A stretch of DNA of 64,000 nucleotides from the human T2T-CHM13v2.0 reference genome, Homo sapiens. Under the pieces are notes generated by a model that saw only the letters and a list, made by a program, of their open reading frames with translations, made no database searches and was not told where the DNA came from. The position numbers were made by a program, and so were the translations under genes. The stretch is taken from NCBI RefSeq assembly GCF_009914755.1, contig NC_060931.1. One strand, given 5' to 3'. This document shows positions 59,901 through 64,000 of this stretch, piece by piece. The stretch's first letter is position 1. The number at the start of each line of letters is the position of its first letter.

Positions 59901-62164
59901 CCCTCACGGTGGCCTGTTGAGGCAGGGGCTCACGCTGACCTCTCTCGGCGTGGGAGGGGCCGGTGTGAGGCAAGGGCTCACGCTGACCTCTCTCGGCGTG
60001 GGAGGGGCCGGTGTGAGGCAAGGGGCTCACGCCGACCTCTCTCGGCGTGAGAGGGGCCGGTGTGAGGCAAGGGGCTCACGCTGACCTCTCTCTGCGTGGG
60101 AGGGGCCGGTGTGAGCCAAGGGGTCAGTGTGGGAGGGGCCGGTGTGAGGCAAGGGGCTCACGCCGACCTCTCTCAGCGTGGGAGGAGCCAGTGTGAGGCA
60201 GGGACTCACGCCTCTGCGCAGGGTGCCAGCGGCATGAGTTGGGCATCAACAGGCCACCGTGAGGGAGGAACTGGGCCGCACGCGGGCTGCCGGGAGGCCG
60301 CCGTGGGGGCGAGAGCTGGGCCTGGAGAGGCCCCTGGGAGGCAAGAGCGGGACCTGCAGAGGCTGTTCTACCGCCAGAGCTGGGCCTGTACAGGCCACCG
60401 AGAGGCAGTAGGCGGGCGCGAAGAGCTTGGCTCGAGAAAGTTCGGGGCCTACAAAGGCGGTTTTGAGCTGGGCAGGAGTTGAGCCCAAAGAGCTTGCTTA
60501 CTTGCTGGGAGGCAGGGCCGGGAGACGCTGACTTCAGGACGACTTGGGCCTGCAGAGGTCGCCAGGAGGCCCAAGCTGGGCGCGGAGGAGCCCACCGACC
60601 GGAGACCGTTTGGGGCCTGGAGACGCCATCGGAGGGCAGGAGCTGATCCTGGAGAGGCCACCGTGAGGCCTGACCTGGGCCTGGGGAGCTTGGCTTGAGG
60701 AAGCTGTGGGCCGACCAAGGCCGCCAGGAGATGGGCAGGCGCTGAGTCCAAAGAGGTTGTTGGGAGGCAGCAGTCGGGCCTGGAGACGCAGCCGGGAGGA
60801 AGAGCTGGGCCCGGAGAGGACGCCGGGAGGCCGCATGTGGGTCTGGAGAGGCCGACTTGAGGAGGCCCGGCCTCTGCCTCCCTCAGGGCGGCCTCTGCAG
60901 GCCCAGCTGTTCCTCCTGGCTGCATCTCTCGGCCCAGCTCCTGCCTCCCAGCAGGCAAGCTCTTTTGGCTCAGCTCCCTCCAGCGTTTGTAGACCCCGAA
61001 GTTTCTGCAGCCAAGCTCTTCAGGCCCACATCCTGCCTCCCGGTGGCCTGTACAGTCCCAGCTCTGGCAGCAGAAGAGCGTCAGCAGGCCCCGCTGTTGC
61101 CTCCCAGGGGCGTCTCCAGGCCCAGCTCTCGCCCCACCACGGCCTCCCGCGGCCAAGTCCCTGCCTGCTCCCGGCAGCCTGCGTACGGCCCTGCTCCTCC
61201 CTCACGGTGGCCTGTTGAGGCAGGGGCTCACGCTGACCTCTCTCGGCGTGGGAGGGGCCGGTGTGAGGCAAGGGCTCACGCTGACCTCTCTCGGCGTGGG
61301 AGGGGCCGGTGTGAGGCAAGGGGGCTCACGCCGACCTCTCTCGGCGTGAGAGGGGCCGGTGTGAGGCAAGGGGCTCACGCTGACCTCTCTCTGCGTGGGA
61401 GGGGCCGGTGTGAGCCAAGGGGTCAGTGTGGGAGGGGCCGGTGTGAGGCAAGGGGCTCACGCCGACCTCTCTCAGCGTGGGAGGAGCCAGTGTGAGGCAG
61501 GGACTCACGCCTCTGCGCAGGGTGCCAGCGGCATGAGTTGGGCATCAACAGGCCACCGTGAGGGAGGAACTGGGCCGCACGCGGGCTGCCGGGAGGCCGC
61601 CGTGGGGGCGAGAGCTGGGCCTGGAGAGGCCCCTGGGAGGCAAGAGCGGGACCTGCAGAGGCTGTTCTACCGCCAGAGCTGGGCCTGTACAGGCCACCGA
61701 GAGGCAGTAGGCGGGCGCGAAGAGCTTGGCTCGAGAAAGTTCGGGGCCTACAAAGGCGGTTTTGAGCTGGGCAGGAGTTGAGCCCAAAGAGCTTGCTTAC
61801 TTGCTGGGAGGCAGGGCCGGGAGACGCTGACTTCAGGACGACTTGGGCCTGCAGAGGTCGCCAGGAGGCCCAAGCTGGGCGCGGAGGAGCCCACCGACCG
61901 GAGACCGTTTGGGGCCTGGAGACGCCATCGGAGGGCAGGAGCTGATCCTGGAGAGGCCACCGTGAGGCCTGACCTGGGCCTGGGGAGCTTGGCTTGAGGA
62001 AGCTGTGGGCCGACCAAGGCCGCCAGGAGATGGGCAGGCGCTGAGTCCAAAGAGGTTGTTGGGAGGCAGCAGTCGGGCCTGGAGACGCAGCCGGGAGGAA
62101 GAGCTGGGCCCGGAGAGGACGCCGGGAGGCCGCATGTGGGTCTGGAGAGGCCGACTTGAGGAGG

Positions 62165-63510
62165 CCCGGCCTCTGCCTCCCTCAGGGCGGCCTCTGCAGG
62201 CCCAGCTGTTCCTCCTGGCTGCATCTCTCGGCCCAGCTCCTGCCTCCCAGCAGGCAAGCTCTTTTGGCTCAGCTCCCTCCAGCGTTTGTAGACCCCGAAG
62301 TTTCTGCAGCCAAGCTCTTCAGGCCCACATCCTGCCTCCCGGTGGCCTGTACAGTCCCAGCTCTGGCAGCAGAAGAGCGTCAGCAGGCCCCGCTGTTGCC
62401 TCCCAGGGGCGTCTCCAGGCCCAGCTCTCGCCCCACCACGGCCTCCCGCGGCCAAGTCCCTGCCTGCTCCCGGCAGCCTGCGTACGGCCCTGCTCCTCCC
62501 TCACGGTGGCCTGTTGAGGCAGGGGCTCACGCTGACCTCTCTCGGCGTGGGAGGGGCCGGTGTGAGGCAAGGGCTCACGCTGACCTCTCTCGGCGTGGGA
62601 GGGGCCGGTGTGAGGCAAGGGGGCTCACGCTGACCTCTCTCGGCGTGGGAGGGGCCGGTGTGAGGCAAGGGGCTCACGCTGACCTCTCTCGGCGTGAGAG
62701 GGGCCGGTGTGAGGCAAGGGGCTCACGCTGACCTCTCTCTGCGTGGGAGGGGCCGGTGTGAGCCAAGGGGTCAGTGTGGGAGGGGCCGGTGTGAGGCAAG
62801 GGGCTCACGCCGACCTCTCTCAGCGTGGGAGGAGCCAGTGTGAGGCAGGGACTCACGCCTCTGCGCAGGGTGCCAGCGGCATGAGTTGGGCATCAACAGG
62901 CCACCGTGAGGGAGGAACTGGGCCGCACGCGGGCTGCCGGGAGGCCGCCGTGGGGGCGAGAGCTGGGCCTGGAGAGGCCCCTGGGAGGCAAGAGCGGGAC
63001 CTGCAGAGGCTGTTCTACCGCCAGAGCTGGGCCTGTACAGGCCACCGAGAGGCAGTAGGCGGGCGCGAAGAGCTTGGCTCGAGAAAGTTCGGGGCCTACA
63101 AAGGCGGCTGGGAGCTGGGCAGGAGTTGAGCCCAAAGAGCTTGCTTACTTGCTGGGAGGCAGGGCCGGGCGACGCCGACTTCAGGACGACTTGGGCCTGC
63201 AGAGGTCGCCGGGAGGCCGAAGCTGGGCGTGGAGGAGCCCACCGACCGGAGACCATTTCGGGTCTGGAGACGCCATTGGAGGGCAGGAGCTGATCCTGGA
63301 GGCCACCGTGAGGCCTGACCTGGGCCTGGGGAGCTTGGCTTGAGGAAGCTGTGGGCCGACCAAGGCCGCCAGGAGATGGGCAGGCGCTGAGTCCAAAGAG
63401 GTTGTTGGGAGGCAGCAGTCGGGCCTGGAGACGCAGCCGGGAGGAAGAGCTGGGCCCGGAGAGGACGCCGGGAGGCTGCAAGTGGGTCTTTAGAGGGCGA
63501 CTTGAGGAGG
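62165..63510. repeat. Terminal unit 49 (1346 bp): one extra monomer, +1 G, a 2-bp deletion and a divergent 3' tail
   Basis: Extra monomer within 62515-62862. Departs from the array consensus at 63108 (ggcggctggga vs ggcggttttga). 'ctggaggcc' replaces 'ctggagaggcc' at ~63300. Confidence 0.92.
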
Positions 63511-64000
63511 TTCTGGGCCCGGAGAGGCCGCCGGAAGGGAAAAACTGGGCCTGGAAAGGCCGTTTTGAGGAATGAGCCCCATGGGCCTGAAGAGGCCACT
63601 GGCAGGTGGGAGCTGGGCCTGCGGAAGTGGCCGAGAGGCAGGAGTTTTGGACTCGGGAGGCCGCAGTGAGGCGAGAGGTAGCTGGGCGTGGAGAGTCCGC
63701 TGTGAGGCCGATGGTGGGCCTGTGCAGGCCTTTGCGAGGCAGGAGCTGGCCCTGGACAGGCCGACTTGATGACAGTCTGGGCCTGCAGAGGCCGCCGGGA
63801 GGAAGAGCTGGGCCTGGAGAGGCCGACTGGAGGAAGTCCAGAGCCTGAAGAGGATGCAAAGCAGCAAACACTAGGCCTGGAAAGGCTGCCCTGAGGCACG
63901 GGCTTGGCCTACAGAGGCCACTGGGAGGCAGGAGCTGGGCCCGCAGAGGTTCCCGAGAGCGGGGAGCATTGCCCCAGGAGGCCACGGTGAGAAAGAGGTG
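63511..64000 (+). repeat. Non-amplified right flank made of a degenerate ~32-36-bp GC-rich subrepeat (core GAGCTGGGCCTGGAGAGGCC), continuing the teucer-like sequence
   Basis: GGGCC-type cores at ~63515, 63547, 63583, 63615, 63684, 63716, 63748, 63779 and 63810. The same motif family builds the unit arms, but this stretch is not part of the 1298-bp unit. Confidence 0.85.

Larger units (their letters stand above)
1..63510. repeat. GC-rich macrosatellite tandem array, modal unit 1298 bp, 49 complete units (118-63510) plus a partial unit at the left edge; probably continues left of the window
   Basis: The same sequence and ORF set recur every 1298 bp (anchor ORF starts 109, 1407, 2705, 4003 ... 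60857, 62156). Units differ only by a few substitutions and by indels in the internal minisatellite. Similarity to the unit ends after 'cttgaggagg' at 63510. Confidence 0.99.

Noticed and set aside
9-62517. Recurrent 60-235 aa ORFs on both strands in every unit
   Set aside because: They overlap in many frames, are low-complexity P/G/R/S/A-rich, often start at GTG/TTG, show no recognisable domain, and several are broken or frameshifted by unit variants. This is expected from stop-poor GC-rich repeats.
1-63510. Identification as SST1/NBL2, D4Z4, gamma satellite, or a 5S/rDNA/tRNA/snRNA gene array
   Set aside because: The 1298-bp period with an internal 49-mer and inverted arms does not fit these families as I recall them. 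No DUX4 homeobox ORF or structured RNA gene is recognisable. A Dfam search would settle it.
62771-63985. 404-aa and 267-aa minus-strand ORFs at the array end
   Set aside because: They translate the degenerate ~33-bp subrepeat (recurring RPLQAQ and ASPGP motifs) in overlapping frames. They resemble dubious repeat-derived 'uncharacterized protein' predictions and have no independent coding evidence.
1-64000. Herpesvirus internal or terminal GC-rich repeat
   Set aside because: No viral genes are present, the array is very long for a viral repeat, and the 49-mer resembles a primate genomic minisatellite.

Overview
Nearly the whole window (1-63510) is one GC- and CpG-rich macrosatellite: 49 complete head-to-tail units, modal length 1298 bp, plus the tail of a unit cut by the left edge. 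The last ~490 bp are the non-amplified right flank. Each unit is a composite: a C-rich left arm (~118-470), a short G-rich 48/49-bp minisatellite block (~468-765) and a G-rich right arm (~796-1415). Part of the right arm is the reverse complement of the left arm, so each unit is an imperfect inverted repeat with the minisatellite as its loop. From recall, not a database search, the 49-mer and its duplicated flanks match the primate 'ajax' satellite and 'teucer' flank of the TELO_Comp composite (LOC729737-type subtelomeric duplication family). If so, this normally dispersed cassette has here been amplified as a whole into a tandem array. The right flank shows the duplication breakpoint, which sits on a small palindrome at a strand-polarity switch. 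Single-base and monomer-count variants divide the array into layers of different homogeneity. No credible protein-coding gene, RNA gene, transposon or CRISPR array is supported; the ORFs look like by-products of GC-rich repeat sequence.
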